From Paraspadella gotoi (taxonomy: Eukaryota > Animalia > Chaetognatha): a stretch of 64,000 nt of DNA. Each line of letters opens with the position of its first letter. Position 1 is the first letter of the stretch. Made by a program: the position numbers and the translations under genes. The stretch lies in NCBI GenBank assembly GCA_051294375.1, contig CM119268.1, forward strand, positions 3,063,523-3,127,522, given 5' to 3'. This document shows, one piece after another, positions 28,480 through 50,647 of this stretch. The notes below the pieces were generated by a model. The model was not told the origin of the DNA. It searched no databases and was given only the letters and a program-made list of their open reading frames with translations.

Positions 28480-30460
28480 CTCCTCTCTCTCCATAAATAT
28501 AAAGACAAGCTAAATGTAACTTTATGTTTTTTTCCCACTTTAAACTCGATTTCCACAGGCCAAACATCTCCGGTCAAAACTTGCACTGAATACTCTAGCT
28601 TTTACATCACTTCCTACCCGCTCACAAAATTTCAATCTTCAATGCTATTATGGGGTTAAACATAAGTAAAAATATCCAGTAAATGTGAGCTTTCAATATT
28701 TTATTTCATTTTTAACTCATTTCCATCGTCGACTTTCCACCGAAACTTTATATCAAGGCTGTCGTTACAACATCTTTTCTACCCACAACAAACAAATTGA
28801 ACTCAATCTATCCATCCAATTATTGATTACATTAGAAGTACTGTATTGAGTTGAAATAATTAAAAATATTTTAGTAAGATTGCGGACTTGATGTTTTTTT
28901 CCCTTAAAACTCATTTCATACACGATTCCGCTCGAACCTTTAAATATCCAAGCTTTATCACACACTCCTACCACACACAAAATTTCATTCCAATCTCACC
29001 ACCGCAATCAGCGAGTTATTGGAGCTTTTTGCTACAGGTTGGGACGCGCGACATCGCGGTCGAGCCAAATCACGGATGATTGACTGATTAATTCAATTAT
29101 TGTTATTTAATTCTATTGTACTCTAAGATTAATATTTGATTTATTAATACAATCCTGCTATACATTTAATATACTAAAGAAAAAAAATCATAATCAATTA
29201 CGTGAAACAGGTTTTTTTGTTTTTTTTCCATTTTAAAACTCATTTCCACTCAAAAGATCCATCGTAAACTGTGGTTTCTTGTTCAATCACATCACTTTTC
29301 CTACTCACATACCAAACATTCCCAAGGTACAATTCGATTAAATTAAGTCTGTAATAAGCTAACTTGGTCAAACTTGCAATAATTTAAAAATCAACTGCAA
29401 CTGTCAATGCATAATTTGGTCTACTGACATAATTTGGTCAACTGACATAATTGCCTGATCAACTACATAATCTGGTGAACCTAATTTGGTCAACCTTGAG
29501 CACTAGATTGGGTCAACTGGCATAATTTTACTGCTAATTTGTCAACTGACATAATTTGATCATTCAAGCCGACAAATTTGGGCGCACTCAACCGGCATAA
29601 TTCCGGGTCAACTGCATAATCTTTATCAACTTAGTCCTTATTGCCGTCAACTAGCATAATTTGGTTCAACTGGCCAGAATTTGCCGTCAACTGGCATGAT
29701 TATGCGTCACAGGGCATTAATCTTGCCGTCACAGGCATAATTTGGTCAACTTGCATTAACTTGTTCCGTAATCACACTTGCAGAATTGGTCAAAACTGGC
29801 CATAATTTGGTGAAACTTTAAGCAATATGGTCAACTGGCATATTTTTGTCAATTGCATAATTTGGTCAATCAATCAATCAATCATCAATCAATTTCAGAT
29901 GAGATGAGAGAGAGAGAACGTTTTAAACATAAGATTCAAATTAAACTGTCTGTCTTTTGGTTTCTAATTTTGAACTACTTTTTCTTCACTCCTCACGATT
30001 CGACTGACCCATCAACACAAATTTATATCGCAGCTTTATTCATCATACTTTCCTACCCACACCACCAAAATTGCCCATTTCGCATCTTATCTTATCCATA
30101 ATATTTTGATATACTAAAGACATACATAATTATGAGTAATTTAAGTAAAATACTTTAAGTAAATATGACTTTGTTTTTTCCATTTTTAACTCATTTCCAC
30201 TTCGCACCGATTCCACATCGAAACTTTGTATATCCAAGCTCAATCTCAGCACTTCCCTACCATTCACTCACAACAATTTCAAGTCAATTGCCCTATCCAC
30301 TCGTATGAGGCAATTCGGCGTTCAAATAGTGAAATATATTTTTTTGTCTTTTTCCATTTAACCAATCTCCACTCGCACGATTCCCTCAAAACTTTATTAT
30401 CCATCTCGATCACACAGTTTCCTACCCACACACAAAATTTCATTAACTAATACCATCATC
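28480..30460. repeat. Degenerate long-period repeats enclosing an ~18-bp minisatellite (GGTCAACTGACATAATTT) at ~29360-29870
   Basis: Repeated TTTTAACTCATTTCCAC...GAAACTTT...TTCCTACCCAC blocks; roughly 25 degenerate 18-19-mers. Confidence 0.75.
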
Positions 30461-30469
30461 CAATCACGA

Positions 30470-30790
30470 GTAATTGGACGGTCTTTTGCTAGGCTCGGGA
30501 CGGCCAGACGGCGACGGTACGGACGACGGACGGACGGTACGGAACGGACGACGACCGGGACGGGGTGACGCGACGGCAACGGACGGACGGATTACGGTCA
30601 CGGAACGGACGGCCACGGAAAACGGAATCGGACAGACTAGACGCGGAGGACGGCACCGGACATTCCGTTTTTTTTTGGCATTAATTTATCATAATTCGAC
30701 TTGATCGTCTGAATATATAAGTGTGTGCCCCGAACAATATTGAGGGCAAGAGATGTGAGCGATCGCGAAAGCGTAAGCGATACACTTGTG
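30470..30790 (+). mobile_element. Helentron/DINE-1-like (HINE) element end
   Basis: (GACG)n tract followed by TATATAAGTGTG and a terminal GC-rich hairpin region before ACACTTGT; architecture only. Confidence 0.4.
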
Positions 30791-31788
30791 GAAGCGCCGA
30801 TTTTTTGAAGAACCGAAACCGGGAGCGATTAGAAAAATTGAGAATTAAGACTTTGAACCCTGGAAGCTTAATAACCCTGCGTGTGATTCGCTTCCTGGTC
30901 ATTCTGTTTTTTTATTTGGTTAGAATGAAAGTAATTTTAATGTATTAAAATCTTTGCACCCCTGTCTCTATTTCTTGATTTCTTGCCTTTAAAAATTGTT
31001 TTTAATATCTTATTTTCCAACATTAAATTGTCTTGCTTCCTAGATTTTTTATTCAACTTTCTTCTTATTTCATATTCTCTTCTTTTATTTTTTTTCTTTT
31101 ATTCTCTTTTCCTCTTTGGTCCAGAATCTATAAAAAAAATTATATATTTATTTTTTTAATTATTCTTTTTAATATATTCAAATAAAATCTGAGCTAAAAA
31201 AAAGATTTCTTTTTTCCCCTCTTGCACTGAACAAAAAAGCAAATAAAAAAATATATAAAATAAATAAATTAAAATTATTAATAAACAAGTTTGAGCAAAC
31301 AAATCCGGATCTGCCCACGATCATTAGCGGTAATTAATTGATTAATTAATTGAAAAAAAAAATATTTAATTAATTACATATTAATTAATTAAAATAATAA
31401 CATCGAACATTTAGGAGCTCAAATGATTTGAACAAAGACAAAAATGACGATGAATACAATGACGAAAACGACGACGAAGTTTTTGTACTTTGTGAGCCGT
31501 AGTACAGTAGTGGTCAATAAGAATAACCTGTTTTTACCCAATCTTGTTATGGCTGACCTTTTTCTCAGCCAATGTAAATACTAGTTGTTGTTGTTATTAT
31601 TTTTATCATTTTTACTTTTTATTGTTTTTGATAATACCAGGTTTTTTTTATCACAAAAAACATGCCTCAAATTTTTCTATAAATTTTTGTTTTGAGTTAC
31701 CGCAAACATTATAAAAATATTTCAATTAATTAATTTAGAGAAAGCAAAGCATTTTGAATTTGTAACAACGATTTTTTAATTAATATTT

Positions 31789-31826
31789 GGACATGTTTCG
31801 GCTTGTTTACTTCAAGCCTTCATCAG
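31789..31826 (-). ncRNA. Hammerhead motif (5' side lost in gap)
   Basis: Minus: CTGATGA-A-GGCTTG aagtaaa CAAGCC-GAAACATGTC. Confidence 0.75.
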
Positions 31827-31962
31827 NNNNNNNNNNNNNNNNNNNNNNNNNNNNNNNNNNNNNNNNNNNNNNNNNNNNNNNNNNNNNNNNNNNNNNNNNN
31901 NNNNNNNNNNNNNNNNNNNNNNNNNNCAATGTTAAGAGAAAAATTGTCTGATTATTCTAAAG

Positions 31963-31996
31963 CTGATGAAGGCTTATAATAAAGCCGAAACATGTC
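31963..31996 (+). ncRNA. Hammerhead motif in a pLTR-like repeat (31927-32070)
   Basis: CTGATGA-A-GGCTT ataata AAGCC-GAAACATGTC; flanks match 19072-19200. Confidence 0.75.
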
Positions 31997-32345
31997 CCCA
32001 TGTAAAAATAAAAATCGTTGTAAATAAACAAATAAACTTTGTTTTCTCTAAATCTACAAAAACACGAAACACAATGATGTTTCTAAAATTGTGTTGATAA
32101 CAATTCGCTAAATAAACTTAAAATTACTAACCTATTCAGTATGAACATTGAGCAATGGCGAGTTATTTTTTTAATTTCTGTCTTCTGTTTAGTAATTAAT
32201 ATTTTGAAAATCAACTTCTCTGTCGTTTCGCCTGTTAATGACTCTTCCCGCTGTTTGTCTCTCTTCGTTAACGTCGTTAGAAGATTTGGATTAATTGCTC
32301 TTCGTTTTTCTTTGGCAAAATGCCAAGAGAGACAATTATTGCTAG

Positions 32346-37350
<5,005 letters not shown>

Positions 37351-40347
37351 ACCGGATATAAAAAAAAGTCTCATCAAACAATCAACTTGTCATATTACCA
37401 TTCACGTTCTTCAGTAAATTCCCCTTGCATCGATAATTAGCCCAAACTGATTCTACTTTTACCCTTATTGTGTCGCCCATTTTTCTCTGTGGTTTTTGAC
37501 TGTATTTAATCTATCCTTTTACCTTGATCTTTACATAGTTTTGCCTTTTTTTTTGAGACAAAGGTTTTTTGATAACTCCTAGGCTGTATCAGTTATTTAC
37601 GTTACTTTATTTTCTTGCTTAAAACTTATTGAATATTGATGGAGAAATTTTCAGATGAAGTACTAACATCTTTAGTTTACCTTGTACGAGAATGATATCA
37701 CTGTATTGTGATGTTATTTTCTTTCTAAGTTTTGCGTCACAGTTTCTATATCCAGAGCAAATTGTAGTAATTACCAGTATATTAAGAATCAGCTTTTTAT
37801 CGTGAATGTTAGAATGTTGTTTTACTGTGAATGAATAATGGATATCAGTTACTATGCCTGTCTATGCACCTGAATGACGGGTTAGTGTTTAAACGTTACT
37901 TTGTTGAATTAGCAGACGCATTTCCCTTACATACTGTGCGGTTTAGTATTCATTGTTATACCTTAAATATGTCTCTCGGTGTATAATTTCTTCAATCATT
38001 TAGAATTAGAATTATGTACTGAGTGTATGATAATTGAAGGCATAAATAATTTTGTAAGTTAAAGCAAGATAAAAATCCTATATATCTGTAAAGAATATGC
38101 CAAAATGTTACATGAGGTAGTCATGAAATATAATTTATCTTTGCTTCAATAATCTAGTCCCTTGATTCGAAATTAAGATAGTAAAGCTATAGGCATAGGG
38201 ATTTGGTAAAGTTCTATTCAAATATTAACTCACAACAATTTTTTTACCAGTTTTCAAAAAGTTTTAATGTTGCTTCTGAAAAGTCTTACTCACCGTGAAT
38301 TATTACTGTTTTTTCAGGTGTCCAATGAATGAAACGAATACTAAAGTCATATATTTATATTTTTATTTTCAACAGACTATAGATACATTCGTAATATTAT
38401 AAGACTAGCTAAATAAAAAAAATTGTAAATTACATTAAATGTACATTAAGTTAAAGCAGTTAACGGATATTACAATTGAGGGGCCGCGAGACCGTGGTCG
38501 CAGTATTAGTTAGGGCAGAATATTTTACTTAAAACCCATATTAATTTCAAGTTGTCTTTTGTTATATCTTAAACACTGCATACAAAGTAACGGTACCAAT
38601 CGGTTAAATTTTTTACTAAAACAATTGCTCCGTATTTGCCGTTAAAATTAAATATATACTGGTATGTACTAAGTCAATTCAATCTTCGATTCCTATAGCT
38701 AAATCTATATATTAAATAAACTACTGTATTTTGATATTTTTTGGTGTATTAAAGAAAGATGACAATATAAAACTGTATTTTTGTATTTGTATTATCTTTC
38801 ATCGGGTCCGAGGACCATGGGCCACAGTAATTTACACTATGCAATTTAGAAACACAATGCAATTAGAAACAGTAAATTGGACAATGCAAATGCTGACTAT
38901 GATCTACTTTAATTCATATTAACTAATCGTATCGAGATAGTTAATTAATGAATCATAAAAAGAGAGTATTAAACAAGAATGTTAACTTCACAATCTGTAT
39001 TCTGTACTTCTCTTTTCTCTCTTTGAAACGAAAATCCCCGTACCTATAAGAAACAAATACTGCATCTAATAAAAGTTACACTGTTTCGTAGTTAAACTCT
39101 TCCTTATTCATTTGTTGAACGTTTTATTCCCTTTTGCAACTCATTTCCTTTCCCCTACGAAATTGAGAGGAAAACTATGAAACAAAAGTTATTCGATTAC
39201 CATTTAGTTTTTTTAGAATATTATACTGGGTCCGTTTCGATATATTTCATAAATATTTTTATCAATTAGGAATTGAATACGTTAACGAGTAAATTTTCTA
39301 CTTTTCTGTTTCTTTTTCAAATATACATTATACAATCTGAGCGGAATTTCCCTTATTACAACAAAACATTCCTTAGATGACTTCATAAAAAGTTTTTGAT
39401 CAAATGCATACTTCCAGACGACGCGAAAAACGATTTATGCCGAGTAAGACTGAATAAACTGATAAAATGTTATAAAGCATTTTTCAGTGACGCACCCTCT
39501 TTCTCTCTTTTCATCCGGTCTTCATGGAATGCAGTCTTTCTCTCAGCATTAAATCGCTGCCGGAAAACTCGAACGACCGGTCTTTAGCGATTTCTCTCTT
39601 TTTTTTTTTTTTTTTTTTGTATCATCGTCGTTTTGTCGTCGTTGTCGCNNNNNNNNNNNNNNNNNNNNNNNNNTCTACATTGTGATACGTAGATTAAAAG
39701 CAACACAACAAGTGTTGATTTAAGTTTTTTCGTAAATTCACAAATTTCCCAGACTCATTTGGAACACTAAGTGTGAGGGCTATCCAGTATCCAATCCTGC
39801 AAAGAGCGCACAGTGACCCTCTCAGTCATTCTCGCGTGTCATTTCTCATAGAAACAAGAATAAAATTTTTACCGTCGGAAAAATAAACGTTTCAACGTAA
39901 TTGATAATTATCATTTATCTCCTTTCCTTGATTGATTGATCCGTTCCTTTAATCACATAATATATAATAACCTCCTTGTCTCCACGTCTCGTAGTTTTAT
40001 TATTCCGACCCAGTCCCCTGTTGTAATCAAAACCAAAAATCGCTTTTCGAATGTATTTATTCCATCAGGATTCAGAAATATATATATCAAAACCATCATA
40101 TTAATAACACATAATAACAATATCTCGTGATAAACATGAAAAAAAAGTAAAGTGAGATGTAATTGAAAATTATTATTTATTTTTACAATCACTAAGAGCG
40201 AAAGAAGAAGAAGAAAAAAATTAACAAAGGCGGATATCGGGTCAAAAATTTACCAATAAAAATCATAATTTAATAGTTTTAGGCAAGATTAGTATAAGTA
40301 GTATAAGCACAAAGAAGCATTAAAACTGTACCAGCAAACCGTCAATA

Positions 40348-41245
40348 TCATTTGTATAAATCGTCATCTCAAAGTCTGTAACGTGGAGTTTGTGACCTCC
40401 TCCTCCGCCCACGTTTCTGACAACCCTGAGGACGTCTCCCTCAATCGCGCTCATCGACGACGGGGTGCGCCTCCTCGCAGACGATCTTCTCCTCTTCCTC
40501 GTGCGGCGCCAATCCGCTGCAGGAGTGGGGATTCTCTGCGACGACGCGGGTGCCGCGGAGAAGGCAGAGAGAAAGATCTGTTGAAGTTAATAATCAATTA
40601 TTAAAATTAATCAATATTAAATTTTGAAATAATTAATTATTAAAGTTAATTATTTGATTGATTAATTGAGTTATGAAAAATTTTTATTGATTATTTTGGA
40701 TTTATGGACCAAATTCTCAATCCTTTTCAACCATAAACCTGTCCTTTCTGGTTACCCAGCCTTGGTCATTCCATTTCATGGAAAATACCAATTTTCTTCA
40801 GCCCTGGGCTCTCCACAATAACGTCGAACCATGTCTCAGGACAAAAGTGAGGTCGTCCGGGTCCACGTTCTGAGAAAAGACAAGTCTTTCATAATATTGC
40901 AAATTATTTTATTTATAAGCTAAACTATTAATTATATTAAATTCACCGACTAATCCCTCCTCACGATTCTCTGCACTCGGGGTCGAAAGTCTGCGAAGCG
41001 GGGATGAAGGCGGTGAAGGCAAAGAGCCTCGTCGAAAGTGAGGAAGGAGAAGATGTGGCGAAGGGCTAGGTGAGGCCAAAGAGGTTAGGTGGGAAAGAGA
41101 AAGGGTGGGGGGTGGAGGCTGGTAGAGGAAGAGCGCAGGTTGTAACGGTGGGAGGTTAAGGCTGAGCTGAAAAGTTATAATAAAAAAAGGTTAGGGTTCG
41201 GAAAAAAAGTTCTCTCCCAATACAGACATCTTTAACCCACCCCAT
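40348..41245 (-). CDS. F-box/DQGWG protein paralog 2, copy B (indel errors)
   Basis: Duplicate of 15024-15920. Confidence 0.75.
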
Positions 41246-41599
41246 TGGCCGCAATTTGTGGACTTGTTTTTAATGTTGCAAACCGTCCTGTATGAGTGAC
41301 ATTTTTGGGAATTACTGCCATTTGCCGATATTTTGAAATGTTTTACCTAAAATAATATCACTTCATCAGAAAGTTTATCTCATGCAAGTGAGAGAGAAGT
41401 AAGAGTATAGGGAGGACGAGAGGGAGGAAGAGTGACATTCTGATGGCTTGCATCTGCAGAATGAAGTGAAAAGGACTTGAAACTATGAATAAAAATCTAC
41501 CGGGAAAACTCGTAAAAAACGGAGTTTCCTCCGGGCAAAACAAAATTAGTGAGATTTTTTTAAAGTAATTAGTTATTAGAATCAAAATCAATCAATCAA

Positions 41600-42856
41600 T
41601 CATTGATGATGAATTGTCATTTTAAAGTCTTTGACTCCGAGTTTGTGACCTCCTCCTCCGCCCACGTTCCTGACAACCCTGAGGACGTCTCCCTCAATCG
41701 CCTCGTCGACGACGGGGTGCGCCTCCACGCAGACGATCTTCTCCTCTACCTCGCTGCGGGCGCCCATCCGCTGCACGAGTGGGGATTCTCTGCGACGACG
41801 CGGCTGCGCGGAGAAGGCGGAGGAAGATCTGTTGATATTATATAATATATATAGTTTACTGTTTGGTGTATTGTGTATTACTTTTCCCTACCATTAGATT
41901 AGGCGTCATGAGACAATTAGTACTTTGTACATTTTTAGGGATTAATTAATAAAAAAAATTAATTAAATAAATCCTTTAATGAAACGAAAATTCATTTGTT
42001 GGCTAAATTATTATGAAATTAATTGCCCGAGTGATTGGTTGATAAATTGTTTTAACAATTTCTTTATTTATATGTAAAGTGTAGATTTATTCGATTTATT
42101 ACTAATATTAATTATTAGTTTGGCAGACTTTTTAATGCTGATGAAGGCTTGTAGTTAAGCCGAAACATGTCCGTTTTTTATTAAAAATAAAATCGTTGTT
42201 GAAAATTCATTTCAAACTTTTCTAATAGTTTGGCAGACTAATTGATTTGCTTTGTTAAAAAGCTGATTATTTAATTGCTATTAATTATTTAAATCACTCT
42301 AAAACCCCAAAACGAGCAACGTACCTGCCCCTTCCTGTTGCCATAGCCTTGATCGTTCCATTCATAGAGAAGATGATTTTTTTTATCCCTGGCGTCTCAA
42401 CATCGATGTCAAACCAAGTCTCGGGCAAAAATGACCACTCGAGGGTCCCTCTTCTAATAAACCAATTAATGTTACTATTATATTGTTTAATAAAATAAAT
42501 ATTTTAAAATATTTGAATAACCGTAAAAATCTGGCCGACGAGACGCTGGACCCGCGGGCGGAAGTCGGCGAAGGCGGGATGAAGGCGGTGGAGAGGAAGA
42601 GCCTCTCGAAGGTGAGGAAGGAAGAAGATGTGGCGAAGGGCAGAGGTGAGGCAAAGTGGTAAGGTGGGAAAGGGAGTATGGGTGTGGCAGTAGAGTGGTG
42701 GACGAAGGGGGAAGGGAGTAATGGTCGGCGGTGGAGGCTGAGCTGGAAAGTTGAAGAAAATAATAATGAAATTGGTACAACCAATAAGATGTAATGTAAG
42801 AGGAATAAGATATGGATCAGTTCTTTCCTAATATAGACTTCTTTAACTTACCTCAT
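41600..42856 (-). CDS. F-box/DQGYG protein paralog 1, copy B (indel errors)
   Basis: Duplicate of 16279-17543. Confidence 0.75.
42134..42175 (+). ncRNA. Hammerhead motif (duplicate of 16815-16856)
   Basis: Same core, stems and flanks. Confidence 0.8.
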
Positions 42857-43821
42857 TTCGCTGCAGTTTGGTGACTTGGTTTTCACGTCCACGTCCCGTA
42901 AGAGTGACACTTACGGAATCACTTCTCTCTTGCGCGATGTTTTGAAATGATTTTTTCTAAAATAATACCGCTGAGTCAACCGGTTTATCTAAGAGAATAT
43001 GTTCGATACGCGGCCAATCAGGTTTGGGCGAAATATTTTGTTTGTTATCCGTAATACCTAGTTAACCGACTTTTCAGCAGATCTGCTTATCGCACCTGAT
43101 CTGAAGACAAAAGAACATTACCGTAACCTTGAATTTGAAGACTCCGCAATTTTATAATTTTCATTGCTTGCTATTTAAAATACCTTTGAATTCGTCGTGA
43201 ACTAAATAAAGTTTCTTATTTCCTATTTTGACGCAACAATCGAGTATCAATAACCGTTGTTTTTTTTTGTCTTTGCTAAAATGATTTTTCAACGATAAAC
43301 AATATTTTTATCACAGCTAACTTTATTTGCTACAAGCATGAGCTATCATCAATGATAGTAATGAAAAAAGGATAAAATCGAGAAGATATAAACGAATAAA
43401 ATATGAATTAAGAATGGAACACAATGTTGACCAACATAGACCATTACCAACAGAGTTAAACAATTTAAATAAATAAGTAAACAGACAGAAATAAGCGAAA
43501 AAAAGACGTATCGAGTATGTCGAGTAAATTTCTGGACGATCGTATTAGTATTTACAATGTTTTACTATTAAGATTAGCGCTTTCAGTTGGCGCTGAATCC
43601 GAAAGAAAAAAAGATCCAAACAACAATACATATTTAAGTCTCGATCGAACAGCCAAACGTCTACAACTAAAATAAATATCCCTGCATATTTCCTAATTGG
43701 GACGGGGAAAAAGTTTGCGACACTTTCTGCTTTCGTCGACGCGAGAAGAATTTTTATTTCTAATTATTTTTTTTTTTCGTGGTTTTTTCTTCAACAACGA
43801 CGTTCATTTGTTTCTCTCTTT

Positions 43822-48867
<5,046 letters not shown>

Positions 48868-49358
48868 GACGGAGAAAGGGAGAGGTTGGGTAAAGTCGAG
48901 TGTTAAATATGAAGAGAAGAAATTGAGAAAGGGATGTGTTGAAAAGGAGAACCGGAGAATGTACGATTTTTTGTTCGTTTTTTTTAAATTTGGGAGTGAT
49001 TTTCGTTAATTTTCGTTAATTAATTTGTTTGATTTTTTTTTCTGTCAATTGTTTACTTTTTGAAGATAACTTTATAGTTTATTTTGTTGTATTTTTTGTT
49101 TTAAAACTAGTTTTTTTTTCGAAGAATAAGTCTCGATAAAATTACTCGACAAACGTCGTGAATATATTTTCGTGTTTTTTTTTGTAAATTCGTTGTTCTG
49201 AGGTCGAAATGATGTAAATGCGCAAACCGACTGCGATATTTATACTTCGAAATCGGCGAACGCATAACGTGTACTTCTACGGGTCGAACCGCCATTGGCC
49301 GCTGGTGGTTGAGAGTCAAATCTATAAAAATACGTCGTTGAATACGAGGAAGGTTCTG

Positions 49359-49369
49359 ATTGGACCACG
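49359..49369 (+). promoter_or_regulatory. ERSE-II element upstream of BiP copy B
   Basis: ATTGG-A-CCACG exact match. Confidence 0.75.
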
Positions 49370-50019
49370 CATCTCCAGAAAGTCTACTTCGACCAATCGG
49401 GAGACGATACGTTGAAAATATGAACAAAAGACCAATGGCTGAATCGGTGTGAGAAGGTTTCTCAGAAAGAAGTCGGTGATGCCAGAAGGAACGCGATGAT
49501 GCTAGCGACTTTGGGTGTGGCCTGACTTTAAATTTACTTAATGTAGCTTAACTCAAAACTGCCGTGATTTAGAAATAAATTCAAAATTGTTTAATACTGT
49601 TTGAAGTTTCTACTACTTCTACTATGATAAGCTACCTCATTTTGTTAAATTACTATGTTAATTATATCAATTACAAGAATTATAATAGATGGCTAACGAA
49701 TTACAGTATTTATACGAGCATATTTTATTTCTTCAAGAAATAAAATTAAAAAAGCAAAAGCATGGTACATAAATCAATTTTTGTTTGAGAGAGAGTGTTA
49801 ACACATAAAAAAAAACAAAAAAAAACAAAAGAAAAGCAAAAGAGTCGTTTGCATTACAATTTGACGGAGGTAATTAAAATTTTGTTAATCTCATGAAAAT
49901 TAATTACTATTTACAAAACAATAATTTAAATCATATAATGACGTGTCGTACAATTCTTAAAATTATGCAATCTTAACTAAAACAATTTTCATTCGACATA
50001 TTGTGCAATCCGCAGACAA

Positions 50020-50311
50020 TCATGTGTAATCATCAAGAGAGAAAGAGGCTGTCTCGTAAGCGATCATTCTTTGCTCCGCTGATTCTAAGGCTCTCACGTT
50101 GGCACGCCTCAAGTGGCCCGCCGACTGCAGCAGGTAACCTCGTTCGTCTTCGATGGCAAGAACCTATTGAAATTGTTAAAATATGGATATATGAAATGGT
50201 GTGTCTTCTTTTAGAATATTAGTAATATTAATAAATGGTGGAAGAAGTGCAGCTATAAAGGATCGGACTAAATTGGTTGATATTTCCAAGTACGCGTTTT
50301 TCCTTTACTTT

Positions 50312-50402
<91 letters not shown>

Positions 50403-50589
50403 AATTGATTAAAAAAGCTGCAACTTGTAACTTAAGATATAAAAACGACCTTAATATCTGAGTAAATACTCAAAGTCTTAAAAGTATTTATAACTTATAT
50501 ATATAACTTTATATAACTATATAATATACTCCAAAATATTGGCATTCAACATGTAAACTTAGGAAGATATATTTATATATATATATATA

Positions 50590-50647
<58 letters not shown>

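Noticed and set aside
29360-29870. Repeat array as CRISPR
   Set aside because: Contiguous degenerate 18-19-mers without unique spacers; eukaryotic context; no cas genes.
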